From: Octopus vulgaris
Taxonomy: Eukaryota
DNA length: 64,000 nucleotides
Assembly: GCA_951406725.2 (NCBI GenBank)
Contig: OX597822.1
Span: 21,204,001 to 21,268,000, forward strand
Direction: 5' to 3'
Part shown: piece after piece, positions 29,351 to 47,962 of the stretch
Layout of the letters: each line of letters starts with the position of its first letter
Position numbering within the stretch: position 1 is the stretch's first letter
Position numbers and translations under genes: made by a program
Notes under the pieces: generated by a model
What the model was told of the DNA's origin: nothing
What the model saw: only the letters and a program-made list of their open reading frames with translations
Databases searched by the model: none

Positions 29351-32300
29351 CCAGTCCCTAACTATATATATTACCGTGTATGTGGGTTGGACCAAGGCTA
29401 AGAATGTTTATTAGAAGTGTATATGTGTCCATATATAAATGAATATATGTAGGTATATTCTATTTTACTCATATGTCTGTATATTATATTGTCTTTCATT
29501 TTATTTAACTTTATCATATTGTATTATTTATTTCTGTTTTTATAAACAGTTAGAAAGTGTATATATGTGTGTATACAAATAGATATATGCATGTATCTTT
29601 ATTTTAGCTTACTTTCTCTTATTTATATCTTTAGAAATGGTATGTGTGCATATATAAATAGACATATGTATATGTTTTTTCATTTTGCTTTATTATACTA
29701 TTTCTTTCCTGGCTTATAATAGTAAGAATGTAAGAAATATATAAATAGTCATATAAAGGTGGATACATGTGTGTATTGTTTTTTTTTATATGTGCGCATG
29801 TATGTGTATATACATATGTGGATATATGGAAATATACGTATTACACTGCATGTGGGTTAGACTTTCAACTCAACATATATTGCTATTGATACAGACTGTG
29901 AAAATAGAAAGAATATTAGTAAAAAGCATACATGTGTGTATATACATATATATATGTGTGTGTGTGTATATAAGTGAATATATGGAAGGATATATATATA
30001 TATATATATATGGTGGGGAGGGTTAAAGATATCTATCATTTTTTTTTTTTTTTGTTTCAGAAAAGCATATAAAAATTAGACTGTCATAAATCAACTTTAG
30101 ACTGATTTGAGGGTAGAATGAAGTCAGTTGCTTTGTTGCAAAAGACAGAGGGTAATTTAGATCATCCCTCCCCCCATAAAAAATAGAAGCAGTTGACAAG
30201 TACTGAAATGGTCAGTCATCATCACTTTATCCCTTTATATCTCTAAATACTTAAATTAATTCTTCATTTTATTCTTTATTTTGTTTAGGACTTATTTATA
30301 ACCTGACCATTAAGACTAAATTGTAATTTATAGTCAACCTGACCATTTTTTTGTCTACTTCTTTATTTTTGTATTTTGTCTGTCACTATATCTATCAGTT
30401 TAGTTTCGTCTGTAAACTACTGAAAATGGCACATCACTTTGGGTATGCATTATCAAATCGAGTTAAATGATCTAATGGACTTATTTAAACAATCAGCTGA
30501 GGAGGCACATTTTACACCTTGGGTGGATGATAATGATTACATATCTCATCAATGTACTACAAGTATAAAAATGTATCGAAACATTTTTAAATAAAGATCA
30601 TTGTACATTCAGTTTTCTATCATGTATCTATTTATATAAATTCTGTGGATACTATGGAATTCCTGATTTCTATCCAGTAGCAGGAGCATTTCCACTTTAT
30701 GATATTAGGTGGCCAATAAATGTGGACAAGCTTTGCATAGCATTTTACAAGGTTTTTAACCTAAATCTTATTTAACTAAAAGATATAAAGATATCATCAT
30801 CATCATATATTCGTGTGTGTGTCTGTGTGTATAATTACATTGTATGCTTATATGAAGTTTTTCTTTATTAATTGTATTATATTTCTACATTTAATAAAAT
30901 AATATGTAGTTTTGATATTTTGGTATATATGTATATGTCTCTCTCTACTCTGTCTGTCTGTCTCTCTCTATATATAACTTCCCTCCATCTCTCTCTCTCC
31001 CTTTTCAAACTTTCTCCTCTGTTTTATTTCTTCTATTGCTTGCTAGACAGTTAAATATCTGGTACATAGCGATGCTGGAGAGCAGCTTCTGTTGCTGACT
31101 GTTTATTCATTATAAAATTATTGAAGATAGCTTGTAATGAAGACCACCTTTTGATTTGTTTATGATAATAGCATTGGAGGGACACCAACTACAGTGATGA
31201 ACATTGCGTATTTTCTTTGTATTGCCGTGGAAAATTTATTGAAATGGAAAGTACAAGTTTTAAAAAAATGATTATGCGTTACGTATTTAAGACATTGAAG
31301 TTAGCTAAAAATAATAAAAGCAAAAAAAAAATATATAAATAGTTATCTCAGTGTATTATATTATAGACTGGAGCTATATACATTGCCCTGCTGTCAAGGG
31401 TCTTAATCAGTTCTTTCAACCTCATTATGTAGTATGGTACACATTTTCTTGATTTATATCTTCTTTTATGGCTGCTTTAACTGATTTAAATCTGAGTGTT
31501 ACCTCATTTGTACGATTTTAATTACAATAAGGCATTGGTATTGCTTTACACAAACATACATGATGGGTTTCCTGTACAATTTCCACCTACCAAATTTCCA
31601 GTTAATCTATTGGTCAAGTCAAGGGTTCATATGAGAGACAATTGTCCTATGTATTGCCACAACATAGGATTGAACCCCAAACCACACAGTTGCCAAGCAG
31701 ACCTCTTAACCACACAAACATGTCTGTGCCCATATTCAAGATTGTCAAAAGTTTTATACCCATATGATTTGTACATTAAAATTTTTTCATACAGTTGTAA
31801 ACTTTGTAGTGCTAGCTCTGGATGCTAACACTTGGCTCTACCTACCTACCCAACCATCTTCGATTCTCTGTCCATATTCTCATTCCGTTCACTTTCTTGT
31901 GCCTTGAAAGTACTCTCTGGTACCTCATCTTTATCATCCTCTATTTCTTTCCTACTGGAGTAGCCATATATCTCCTCTACAGCAAGACATCTGTTCCTTT
32001 CTCTCTATCCTACTTTAGCTTTCCTACACCTAGCACAAAGCCACCTCCCTTAATACTGTCTAAGGGCCCTGTTTTAGTGTGTTATTTGGTGAACTCCCTA
32101 ATACTGATGCCACGGGAGAAGGCACCTAGTACATTCTGTAAAGTAGTTGGTATTGGGAAGGACATCCAGGCACAAAAACCTTGTCAAAGAAGACATTGGA
32201 AACCAATGAAGCCTTCAGGTCTGTTGGATCCTGTCAAACCACTCACTCTATCAGCACAAAATGTGGACTTGAAATGATAATGACAACTTCATAAATACTG

Positions 32301-33164
32301 TGACAAGTGTTGTGAAAGATGTAATTAGCTTCTTGACTTTTTGGACACTGTGTATCTAAGACTACATACATTTTATGTTCCTTTTTAAAGGATTGTAGTT
32401 AAAAATTTGATGTAAATTCCATCACCGTTTCCAGTATGTTGAGTGACCCTGCAGAAGATTCCTCAATGGCTCATTGTAAACAGATTTGTAATTGTTCAGC
32501 TGTTTGCTCTTACTAAGCAAACCTATGATGTAAGGCTTTCTATCTGTGACCAGCCTGTCTTTTAGGGGTATTATCTATGATTGTATTATCCAATGTGCTG
32601 GTGTTGTTACTTTTAGAAGGTTGAATAAACACTGAGGTTTGCTTGTTGTTTCTAAATTTTAATCACCCCAAAAAAGAGTTTTTGCCTACAAATTACTTTG
32701 ATAATCCTATTTAAGTTTTTCAATTCACTGTATTACATATTGATCTTTTGCCATACTTGTTAAAACTCTATCACTAGTCTGCTAGCTGATCCACAAGCTC
32801 AATATAAGTATTCTGTATAATATAAATTCTTAACTGAATATAAAGCTTTGAATTTTTATTCTTTATTCTGATGTCAAAAAGGATGCTATAAGGAAATGTT
32901 AACACAATATGGATATTTTTTTTACCTTCTCTTGTATATTTCTGAGTACAATTCTGTAGTATCCTAAACTTACTTTCATGCATGGGTTTGTTGCCTTCGG
33001 GCTTTGACTTCAATGAACATCAACAACATCAAACTAACAAATGTGATAAGGAGACAAAAATTCTATGCAATGAAATTTTGTGTCTTGCATTTAAAATTTA
33101 AATAGTAAAACCAAACAAGAAAATAAAAAAAAAAACGACATATAAAGCAATGACAATATCTTAT

Positions 33165-33583
33165 GTTACTCTTTTACTCTTTTCAGTCATTTGACTGTGG
33201 CCATGCTGGAGCAACACCTTTAGTTGAGGAAATCGACCCCCAAGACTTATTCTTTGTAAGCCTAGTACTTATTCTATCGGTCTCTTTTGCCGAACCACTA
33301 AGTTACGGGGACATAAACACACCAGCATCGGTTGTCAAGCGATGTTGGCGGGACAAACACAGATACACAAACACACACAGACACCCAAACACACACACAC
33401 ATATATATATACATATATACAACGAGCTTCTTTCAGTTTCTGTCTACCAAATCCACTCACAAGGCTTTATTCGGCCCGAGGCTATAGTAGAAGACACTTG
33501 CCCAAGGTGCTACACAGTGGGACTGAACCCGGAACCATGTGGTTGGTAAACAAGCTACTTACCACACAGCCACTCCTGTGCCT
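33165..33583 (-). mobile_element. tRNA-derived SINE family B, full length
   Basis: Complete head to tail; further copies at ~31555-31730, 34700-35020, 35955-36322, 42610-42935, 48433-48600, 50290-50460 and 57445-57842. Confidence 0.9.
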
Positions 33584-33644
33584 ATGTTGTATATAAATAT
33601 ACTAAATATATGTATATTGTAAAAATATAGTAAGCATATAGTAT

Positions 33645-33689
<45 letters not shown>

Positions 33690-33690
<1 letters not shown>

Positions 33691-33900
33691 TTTCCACTAT
33701 AGGCACAAGACCTGACATTTTGGGGGAGGGGGACTAGTTGATTACATCGACTCCAGTGTGTAATTGGTACTTAATTTATCAACCCCGAAAGGATGAAAGG
33801 CAAAGTCGACCCTGGTGTCATTTGATCTCAGAATGTAAAGACAGACAAAATAGCACTAAGCTTTTCGCCCGGTGTACTAACGACTTTGCCAGCTTGCTAT
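33690..33900 (-). mobile_element. SINE family A
   Basis: aaggatgaaaggcaaagtcgacc core. Confidence 0.8.
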
Positions 33901-35954
33901 CTTATATATTTATATATATATCATGAAAGCTGTCATCAATTTTGTAATAGACTGATAAGATTTTAGTGAACTTGTATTATTCTGATTTGGGAGCCACTTA
34001 TGTTAATGTGAGAAATGTCCTTATGAAAAACATGATAAACAATTCAGTTCTATATTTAAGAGATGAGTAATTAAGTACATTATTTACATTATTTACATTT
34101 GACGGATATTTGTCCTCATCTTGTTTGTTGTTAATACAATGTTTCTGCTGTTTGGTACATAACTGGGGCCTCTTGACACGCATTACCATCCAAGGCCAGA
34201 ACAGACCTGAAATTAGTGGTGTGAAGAGTAACACTAAATTCTCTAAAACTTCTGAATTCTTGAGCTGGAGCCTCACCAGAGGATACAGTTTAATGTGTTG
34301 CCCATGTGAAGTAGGGAACAAAATTGAAGATGTAATTGAAATTTTTAACATAATTGATCAATGTTTTGAAAATTTATAAATTTATACATCAAACAGAAAT
34401 AAGAGTATTTATATAATATGGGATATCCTTGAGTTCCTCTGGTGCATTCTTGTTTCTACTTCGCAACTAAAATCTGAGCTTTTATTCATATAAAAACAAG
34501 AGGTAATATTTTTCATAGACTCACCCCGTTTGAGTTGGATAACACAAACATAATTAAAGCATTGTTAAATGATATTTAATAAAAATTGATATAAAACAAT
34601 GTCTAAAATCTTGAAGTTTTTTAGGCAAACTTTATCTCAATACAAACATATCTTTTAAACTTATAAATGCTAATTATCTCCGGATCACAAGGATGCATTA
34701 GGATGTTGTCTATGTTTTGGGTTCAGTCCACTATGTGATATGTTAGGTAAATGTCTTTTACTTCAGTCACAGGCTGACCAATGCCCTGTGAGTTTGAAAC
34801 TGTTGAAAGGCTATTGCGAATGTGTTCACAAATGCCTGTGTGAGCATGTTTGTGCTTGTCCCTCACTGCTTGAAAAACAGTGTAGAAATCTACATGTTCT
34901 TATATCTTACTAGTTTGGCAAAACAGAGACCATTAAACTTAGTACAAAACTTTGAACAAGTACTGGGGTTGATTTGATTGGCTGAAGTACTTCAAGGTAG
35001 CGCTCTAACATGATTGCGGTCCAGCAACACAGGAATCTGCTAAAAACATTCAAGGTCAGGTAGTGGTGTTCAACAAGACAAGTAGATTAAGTCAAGTACC
35101 CAAAGCAAAGAACAGTTACTCTGATGGGCTTTCACACAGATTTTGTTTACCAAATTTCACTGACCATGTTTTGGTGGACCAGAGACAGAGAATGCACTTA
35201 CCCAGGGTGCTGTAGTCCTAGGGCTCTGAATATGCAGACCCAGGACCTTTTTGTCATTATGCACAAAATACACACTGTGTCTCTGACTATCATTATATTA
35301 TGCTAGTTCCTTTCTTTAGATGGTAGAATATAATTTGAAGCAGGTTTGGCTGTTATTTCTAGCATCTCAAGGGACTCCACAATAATATCTTCATCGACTT
35401 ATTGTAAGCATAAAATTGTTGTTCAGCAGCTACTTATCATTAAAAGTATTTCAGCTGTGTTAATCCCAGATGCATTAAAGTTTTTTCAGCCATGGCCATT
35501 CTATCATTTTCACAGTTGCAGTGTATCTAAGACTATATTGTCTGATGTTTGGTCTTCTCCTTTTCAGAGATGGTAGATTTGATTTGTGATAAGAGGTAGA
35601 TTTGACTGTTATGTCCAGCAGGTTTAATAAACCCATAGAAGCTTTAATAAAACCCATAGAAGACTTAATAAACCCATAGAATCATAAAACTGTTGTTTAG
35701 CTCAAGTTAGCTTTGATTGAGCAAAACTATGATGAAAGACATTCCAATCATGATTAACCTATCTTTTTAAAAGTATGTCTTAGGTGAGCAAACAATATGG
35801 CAACTTAAATATTAGGGTAAACAAAGTATTTTATGAATTAAAGTATAAAATTACATGGAAAATACTCAGAAAATATGAAGTCACTTAAAACTAGTAGTTA
35901 TGTTGTTAAAATGACATAATTACAATTTTTAAAGGAATTAAGTAGATTATCATT

Positions 35955-36322
35955 TATCTTTCATCTTTTACTTGTTTCAGTCATGCTGGGGGAGAGCCTT
36001 GAAGAACTTTTAGTTGAATGAATCGACCCCCAGTACTTTTTTTTTAATCCTTGTATTTATTTTGTTGGTCTCTTTTGTTGAACTGCTAAGTTTCTGGGAT
36101 GTAAATACACCAACACCAGCTGTCAAGTAGTGCAGATGGACACACACACACATGTTTATACACACACATATATACGATGGGCTTAGTTCAATTTCCATCT
36201 AACAAATCCACTCGTAAGGCTACAGTGGAAGACACCTGCCCAAGGTTCCACTCAGTGGATCTGAATCCAGAACCATGTGGTTGGGATGCTAGTTTCTTAC
36301 CATGCAGCCATGCCTGCACCTA
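35955..36322 (-). mobile_element. SINE family B, diverged
   Basis: Same body as 33165-33583. Confidence 0.8.
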
Positions 36323-36732
36323 CAATGAATACACATAACTGTAAATATTTTGTTGTTACCCTTAATAGTTGTGATGTTTGTCAAATGTTGTACCAACTCA
36401 GTCTCTTTAAAAGAAGCAAAATCTCTTGAATAACCATACACTTTTAACTTAATTTTTCTCATCCATGGAATGTTTGCTAGATTCTAATACTATCATTGTA
36501 TGAATATTACTGCCTTTCCCTGGAATAAATCCATATTTTTAAGTGAGTATGTGGCAGGTTCAGCATATTGATTCACTTCAGCACATATAAACTCCAATAT
36601 ATTACCCTAATATATTAGTTCAGAATATTGCTGCTTCTAATACAATTGACTTCAGAAGGATAAAAGATAAATTTGAACTCTCTGAAAAGTATGATGACAC
36701 AACCCATATACCGCACAGTGTGATTCCACTCA

Positions 36733-36770
<38 letters not shown>

Positions 36771-39122
36771 CACCCTAAAACAGATTACGGAGACACACTT
36801 TTAGATCTTATTACACTAACACAGATATAGGATTTATATTCGAAATTGTAATCATTGATACATGTAGGACATCTGGGGATTTTATTTCTCCTATCCAATT
36901 ACCCAAATGGAAGGTATAAGTGGTGTGTATTCTCTGTTAGATTAATGCTCCTTTTTTACATACATGCAAGCATATACATACATACACGTGTGTATGTGCA
37001 TGCATACATATGCACACACATATACATATACACACACATATACATATACACACACATATACATACACACATACATATACATACACACATATATATATATA
37101 CATACACACACATATATATATATACACACACACACAAACATATACATAAATACACAAACATATATGTGTGTGTATGTAATATTGTGTCAGCAGCCTTGAA
37201 TTTTATTGTAATTAAATGGTGTTGAAGTTGATAATGGAGGTGATGACTTAAGGAAAATTATGCCAACTGTAGGAAATATCTGTAATTACCAAATTTCATG
37301 GTAGCACAGTAAGAGAAAATGTTTTTAAACAGTTTGAAGGAAACATCTGAAATGGTGGAAAACAATTCTGTTGATTAAGGGCAGTCTGCTGCAAAGTTCA
37401 TGGCAAGTTTGAAGCTGGGGAAGAATTCCTATTAGATAGTGAATGACATGCTGATTGCATGCCAAAATGAGATGTACTGCAAGAAAAGTAATGTGTTGAA
37501 AAGAGATGGAATAAAACAAGTAGTGAGATATATTTAGCAGCTCAAACATGGTGTGTGAATGTGTGTGAGGCAGGGTATGGGTGAATGTGTGTGAGACAGG
37601 GCATGAGAAAGAAAGGGGGGAAAAAGCAGTGTGTTTAGCATTGACACCGGGTGCAGAAGCTTCCTAAATGTGATAATCAGTGAACATGTGAAGCATGAAA
37701 TGTTCAGAAGTTGAAAAGACTCTTTACAATAAGAACAAATCAGGATGCCGCTAGGGAAAAAGTGTCTATATATCTGTGCACTGTTTTTGATGTTTAGGTC
37801 TGAGTCATCTCTACATTTTATCTTCCTCATTTATCAGTTCACCTGTTATTGCATTGCTGACAGATTTATATCTTCATTTCCATTAAAACATCAATAATAA
37901 AGTTCATCCTCTCACCTCAATTCAATAGAAGTGCAACAATTGCTTCTCAATTACAAAGTGTATCTCTGCTGAATGTGGACTGATAATATAAGAAACACTA
38001 TTTTCTGAATCACTGCTTTTTGTTTCTTTCTCTCTGTTTCTGCCATAATATTTCAGTGATATCTTCAATAGATGATTCACATCAGTCAATATCAATTGTT
38101 GATATGGAATATCATAAATGTATGTGGAATTGTTATTACAAGGAAATTATAAATTAATAAATACAAATCTATAATAAATATGTCTATAAATAACAAATGT
38201 AAAATAAGAGACATCTTTCTAGTGAACTATATTTGTGACCTTGTTTTGCTTTCTAGTTGTTGATATAGTTTCAACAAGTGCAGCCGTGGCTGTGTGGTTA
38301 GGGACTTTGCTTCTCAAACAATCTAATTTCAGAGTCAACCCCACTGTACAATGCCTTTGTCATATGTCTTCTACCATATGATGAACCTACCTCATTTCAC
38401 CTTTCTGATGTCATCTGCCTCAATGATTCAATGTTACAATTCATCTTGGCTCTTACATTCCACTTAAACCAACACTGCTAGTACAGAAGTTGAAATTTGT
38501 CAGTTCTTGTCTTTGTAATAGTTAGTTTTTATTATCCATATATATATATATATATATATATATCTGGTCAACATACTGAAACTTCAAAACACTTTTGATT
38601 TCTTTCTCTGTTTAATTATTACTCCTTACAATACATTCAGATGACATAACACTCCCAATCTCTGAACACTATGGATACTTCAGGATACCCAAGGCAACTG
38701 GTGCTTTGTCTCTAGCCTGTTGAAGACATCTAAGCAATAACTGAAATCATTTTCTCAGGCATGTCTCTCCACACCTCTCACACAACTTCACTTCTATTGT
38801 ATGTGGCAGAACAAGGGATTAGCATTAACTGAGGCACAAAAAAATGAGAGTCAGACCACTGAATCCATCAGTATTCTTTCCATTACCTTCAGACAGAGCA
38901 CCAAGAGCTAGAGCCTATTCTTGATCTATCCTGATCCTCTTACACATGTTACAGTCTATCCCATCTCAAGAAATGCACCCTTACTGATCCTGTGAGCAAT
39001 CAAATAACTGCTCCTATTTCTTGCACCACAAAAGTGTTGAAATCAGTTGTTAACAACCTTCTCCTACACTTTTCTTTTTGGTTACCACCGACTAGCTGCA
39101 GTAGAACCAAATCTACTGTTGT

Positions 39123-39420
39123 GGAGGCACATGGCCTAGTAGTTAGAGCAGAGGACTCACGGTCGTGGGATCGTGGGTTCGAATCTCAGACCAGGTGATG
39201 TGTGAGTCTATGAGCAAAACACCTAAGCTCCATGCAGCTCTGGCAGAAGGTAATGGCGAACTTCTGCTGACTCTTTCACCACAACTTTCTCTCAGTCTTT
39301 CCTCCTGCATCTTGCAGCTCACCTGCAACGAACCGGCATCCCGTCCAGGTGGGGAACCTATACGCCAAGGAAACCAGGAAACCGGCCCTTATGAGCCAGG
39401 TGTGGCTTGAGAAGGAACAA
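39123..39420 (+). mobile_element. tRNA-derived SINE family E
   Basis: A box tggcctagtagttagagc, B box gggttcgaatc, aaca tail; inserted in a decayed LINE-like tract. Confidence 0.8.
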
Positions 39421-40721
39421 ACAAAACTCAACTGTTCATCTCATGCATTGCAATATTATATTCACTAATGGTATTCTATTCAACTAATATTCCATTAACT
39501 TTACTGTGTCCAAGGCTGGTTATCTGGATCACTCCTTGTATCCTGCGTACTAATAACCTATTCACTCTCATCCCTATTAATGTTTACTCCTTTGCATATT
39601 CTATTACTCTCCATTAATCTTCATAATGCAGCATCCACATGCTATTTAGACACATCACACCAAAACTTTCACTGCTTGCATGTTGCAGAGACCTCAAAAC
39701 CATTCTCTAATGAGAAATTGACAACATTTCCAACTTTAACAGCACCAAAACTCATTTGCTGCTGCACCTAACAAGAAATATTGTACCTCACTCTCACTTG
39801 TCTTGTACAATACTCAGTTAAAAACCTTTCAAGTTGCTATAGATTTTAGGCTTCACAATCACTGATTAATGATATCTTCTGGCAACCACCCTGCCTTAAC
39901 TGAACAAAAATTGGCCTTCATCTTTAGGATCAAAACACTTCCGGAATGTTTAAGTGCTAAGTGTCTTCAAAGCTCAGACAAGATTTTGGTGGAATACTTC
40001 TCTTACATCTGCTTCCACAGATGATATCGACCATAGCTAAAGGAATATCTGCCACTCAGCAGATTGGCAAAGATTAGCTCATTAATACTCTGCAACTTCT
40101 ACCCACTGACAATGGTTTCTATTTATATGAATTAGGTAGTTGTGTACTGTCTCCATAAAACCTCAACTCTCAGGAATTCCCTTCTCTAATTTTTATACAG
40201 CTGTTAACATGTCATTTAAATTGGATATTGACAGCAATGTTGGATAGCCAGTGAAGCTCATGAGAGTAGTATATTTTACACAGAATGAAAACCATGATGA
40301 AATTTTTAAAAAATAATAATCAATCATTTAAAATTGCAAATATAACTGAACATTTTCTAGTTTCTGTTAGGAAGTGCAATATATATACATACAGGGTATT
40401 AGATGAAACATTCTATGCCAGGTTTATGTATCTGCAGCTGTTATGATTTTAGCTTAGTAAACCAATCTAACTCACTGACAAAAGCATGAAACATGAATGA
40501 AAGACACTTATTTAATGTTCTGGAGAGTTGACATTGTTTGGACTGCTGGGTCTCTAGAGGCTCATTCATTAATTATTCAAGGGCATACATATAATGATGA
40601 TAGGGAAAGGAGTGAAATATATGTTAAGTACAAGATGTGTGTTGGTATGTATGTGTACGTATATGGACAAATATACTTTATTAAGATAATTAGGGGGGAA
40701 ATAGTAATTGGAGTTTAGGAT

Positions 40722-40875
40722 ATCATTTACATTATTTACATTTGATGGATATTTGTCCTCATCTTGTTTGTTGTTAACACAATGTTTCAGCTGATATACC
40801 CTCCAGCCTTCATCAGGTGTCTTGGGGGAAAATTCAAACCTGGGTTCTCATTCCTAAGGTATTTTTCGATGTTGT
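40722..40875 (-). mobile_element. Family H hammerhead-bearing unit (minimal HHR at 40776-40821)
   Basis: On -: gacac-CTGATGA-a-ggctg..cagct-GAAA-catt-gtgtt. Confidence 0.75.
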
Positions 40876-40903
40876 CATTGTTATTATTATTATTATTATT
40901 ATT

Positions 40904-41655
40904 GTGAAGCCATATCCCGTGGCCCCTACCTGGGACGTAGTCAGTCCACCTGTGCATACCTTCCTTATTGTGACACTTGAGAAGACCTGTTGAGGCAAGT
41001 GAAAATCAAAATCAAAACCAAATCAAAATAGATGTACATCAATGGAATTTGTATCCTATTTGTATCCTTTTATGGTACCAGTGCCGGTGGCACATAAGAA
41101 AACCATCTGAACGTGACCGTAGCCAGTACCGCATCAACTGGCCTCCGTGCTGAGGGCACATAACAAACACCATCCGAGCGTGGCCGTTCGCCAGCCTCGT
41201 CTGGCACCTGTGCCGGTGACACATAAGAAAACACCATCCGAGCGTGGCCGTCTGCCAGCCTCGTCTGGCACCTGTGTCGGTGGCACATAAAAAAACACCA
41301 TCCGAGTGTGGCCGTCTGCCAGTCTCATCTGGCACCTGTGTCGGTGGCACATAAAAAACACCATCCGAGCGTGGCCGTCTGCCAGCCTCGTCTGGCACCT
41401 GTGTCGGTGGCACATAAAAAACACCATCCGAGCGTGGCCGTCTGCCAGCCTCGTCTGGCATCTGTGCCGGTGGCACATAAAATCACCCACTACACTCTCG
41501 GAGTGGTTGGCGTTAGGAAGGGCATCCAGCTGTAGAAACACTGCCAGATCTGACTGGCCTGGTGCAGCCTTCGGGCTTGCCAGACCCCAGTTGACCCGTC
41601 CAACCCATGCTAGCATGGAAAGCGGACGTTAAACGATGATGATGATGATGATGAT
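40904..41655 (+). mobile_element. Long SINE family C copy with internal ~63-bp tandem repeats
   Basis: (GAT)n tail; repeated unit gtgycggtggcacataaaaaacaccatccgagcgtggccgtctgccagcctcgtctggcacct. Confidence 0.85.
41155..41480. repeat. ~63-bp minisatellite, about 5 copies
   Basis: Units start near 41210, 41274, 41338, 41401 and 41464, with diverged units upstream. Confidence 0.9.
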
Positions 41656-41673
41656 TATTATTATCATTATTAT

Positions 41674-41748
41674 TCAGGTCACTGCCTGGAATCAAACTTA
41701 GAATCTTGGGGTTAGTAGCCCACGCTCTTAACTACTACACCATATGCC
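41674..41748 (-). mobile_element. tRNA-like SINE head between (TTA)n and (TAA)n
   Basis: On -: gggcatatggtgtagtagttaagagcg...agtttgattccaggcagtgacctga; 3' part matches 15802-15830. Confidence 0.7.
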
Positions 41749-41777
41749 CTGAATAATAATAATAATAATAATCACAA

Positions 41778-41951
41778 TATCGAAAAATACCTTAGGAATG
41801 AAAACCCAGGTTCGAAATTTCACCAAGACACCTGATGAAGGCTGGAGGGTATATCAGTCAAAATGTTGTGTTAACAACAAACAAGATAAAGACAAATATC
41901 CATCAAATGTAAATAATGTACATAATTCCTCATCTCTTAAACATAGAACTG
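41778..41951 (+). mobile_element. Family H hammerhead-bearing unit (degenerate HHR at 41827-41872)
   Basis: Matches 15858-16032. Confidence 0.75.
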
Positions 41952-43706
41952 AAGTTTAGGATGTTGAAAAGGGTTTGTGAAAATAGATACTGCAGAAATA
42001 AGTGCATGCTTATGGAAAACAAGGTGTAATGTGTGTATGTGTTTGTTTGTGGACCCAAGGGTCATTCAGAATAGTGATTAAATGTCTCAGATGAGTTTTT
42101 GTGAATACAATTTTAAATTTTATTTTATTTATTTTTTGGACTAGCCATGTCTTTTGAGATACTAAACATCTTGATAACGTTTCAGATTATGTACTCCGTA
42201 CCTCATGGGAAATGAAATGGTTGGCACTCTTTGCCTTCACTTTTAAGTAACCCTGTGTGTTGTTCAAAGAAATTATAATTTTGAAAAATTTTTTTAGAAG
42301 AACTTTAATTTCTTTACATTTTAGATCCCTTACTTCCAAATTATTTCCCTTCCCCATAATGTAGAGATAATAAACACAATGTCAGCACATTTTTATATAC
42401 ACACTGTTACAGTTGGTTTGATTCCTGTCATCTGGTGTCTTATTTCTGGAATCTGTATCTTTAGGTTTGAACTGGGAACATTTATATGTAATCTACTCTG
42501 AATTAGTTTGTTAGACTGGGGAAAGGAGGATACAAACAGTTCATAAAGAGCATGAATTTGTTTGCCATGAGAAAGGAGAAGGGCTTAATATTTTAGACTT
42601 AAACCTTAGATGCAGGCATAACTGTGAGGTGAAGAAGTTCAATTCAGAACCATGAGATTTTAGGTTCACTGCATAGTATGCCTTCCTCAACAACCTCAAA
42701 CTGACTGATTTCTAGTGAGTCAACTTGGTGGACAGAAAAAGCTGTGTAAAAATCCATAATATATATATATTGTATGTGTGTGTGTGACTGGTGTTAGTTT
42801 GTTTTCATCCCTGTACTTTAGTGGAACAACAAAATGAGACTGATAGAATAAGTACAGGATTTAATAATTACAAGATTGACTAAATGCTTCAAGGTAGTGT
42901 CTCAGTATGGCCACATCCAATAGCTGAAGCAATTAAGATATTTGCTTCATATCCTATTGTTTACTGAGAACTTAAGGTACTTACTGAAATACTGCAGTTG
43001 GTCCATTCACCATGTCTATAATCATGTAAAGGCACCAACTGTTAAATGGCATTCTGGTTGTTATCTTACAGCTGCATTGCATCATGCACATTTTAACTGA
43101 GTCCCTTACTATAATCTGCAATTCTACTTTCCTTAGTGGTGTCCACAGATTGTTATTGGCACTAGATGCTAAGAAACACTTGGTCAAAGAGCCGTGTTAG
43201 TTTTCCAGTCTAGATTGTATTTCAACTTAGTCACTGAGCAAGAAATAAACTAATTTACAATCAAGTGTAGACTATTCAAGTTAAGGTTTGCATGACTAAA
43301 CATTTTTTATTTTAATTTTCTTTTTTAAGAAATGTGATATGTAACTTACCAGTCAGACAAACTAAGTCAGCAAAAATATCAATCAATATAGTTACAAGCT
43401 GGACATTTCTTTCCCATATGTAAAATAAATGAATAAAATGGTGAACATTTAAATTCCTTACAGTGACATGATTAATATTATATAAGTCATGTCAGGAAAG
43501 AAAAACTCTTTTTTGCTTTCACTTTCTCTTTATTTAGTTTTTGTATAATTTTTTTATGGTTCCTATATTTGTTGTTCCATGATAAGAAATTCAGGTGTTT
43601 CCATGAATTATTGGCAAAAGTATTTTATGTCAGCTGCTTGCTATAATATTTTATGCATTTTTTAATGCAGGCAACTGCTGTTAATTAATAACCATATTAC
43701 GATATT

Positions 43707-43744
<38 letters not shown>

Positions 43745-43860
43745 CAATGTCATTCACAGTGAGAACTTCTGTCAATGCTAAAGGCAAAAATCCAACATCA
43801 CTTTCATGCTTTGAACTTGTGATCTTTTGAAGTCAATAATTGAATAACCAATCAGCTATT

Positions 43861-47962
<4,102 letters not shown>

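Noticed and set aside
35625-35685. Three copies of a ~20-bp unit taataaacccatagaa
   Set aside because: Ordinary local slippage duplication
36781-36945. Possible fourth rearranged hammerhead (gattac/gtaatc after GAAA; acacac/gtgtgt)
   Set aside because: No CUGANGA and no UH at the required positions
39123-39195. tRNA gene (also 41674-41748)
   Set aside because: A and B boxes are present, but there is no proper acceptor stem and it continues into a repeat body, so it is a SINE head
38560-39980. Decayed LINE-like sequence
   Set aside because: Too degenerate to assign family or boundaries by eye
41081-41480. CRISPR-like periodic repeat
   Set aside because: The whole unit repeats with no unique spacers, there are no cas genes, and it lies inside a eukaryotic SINE
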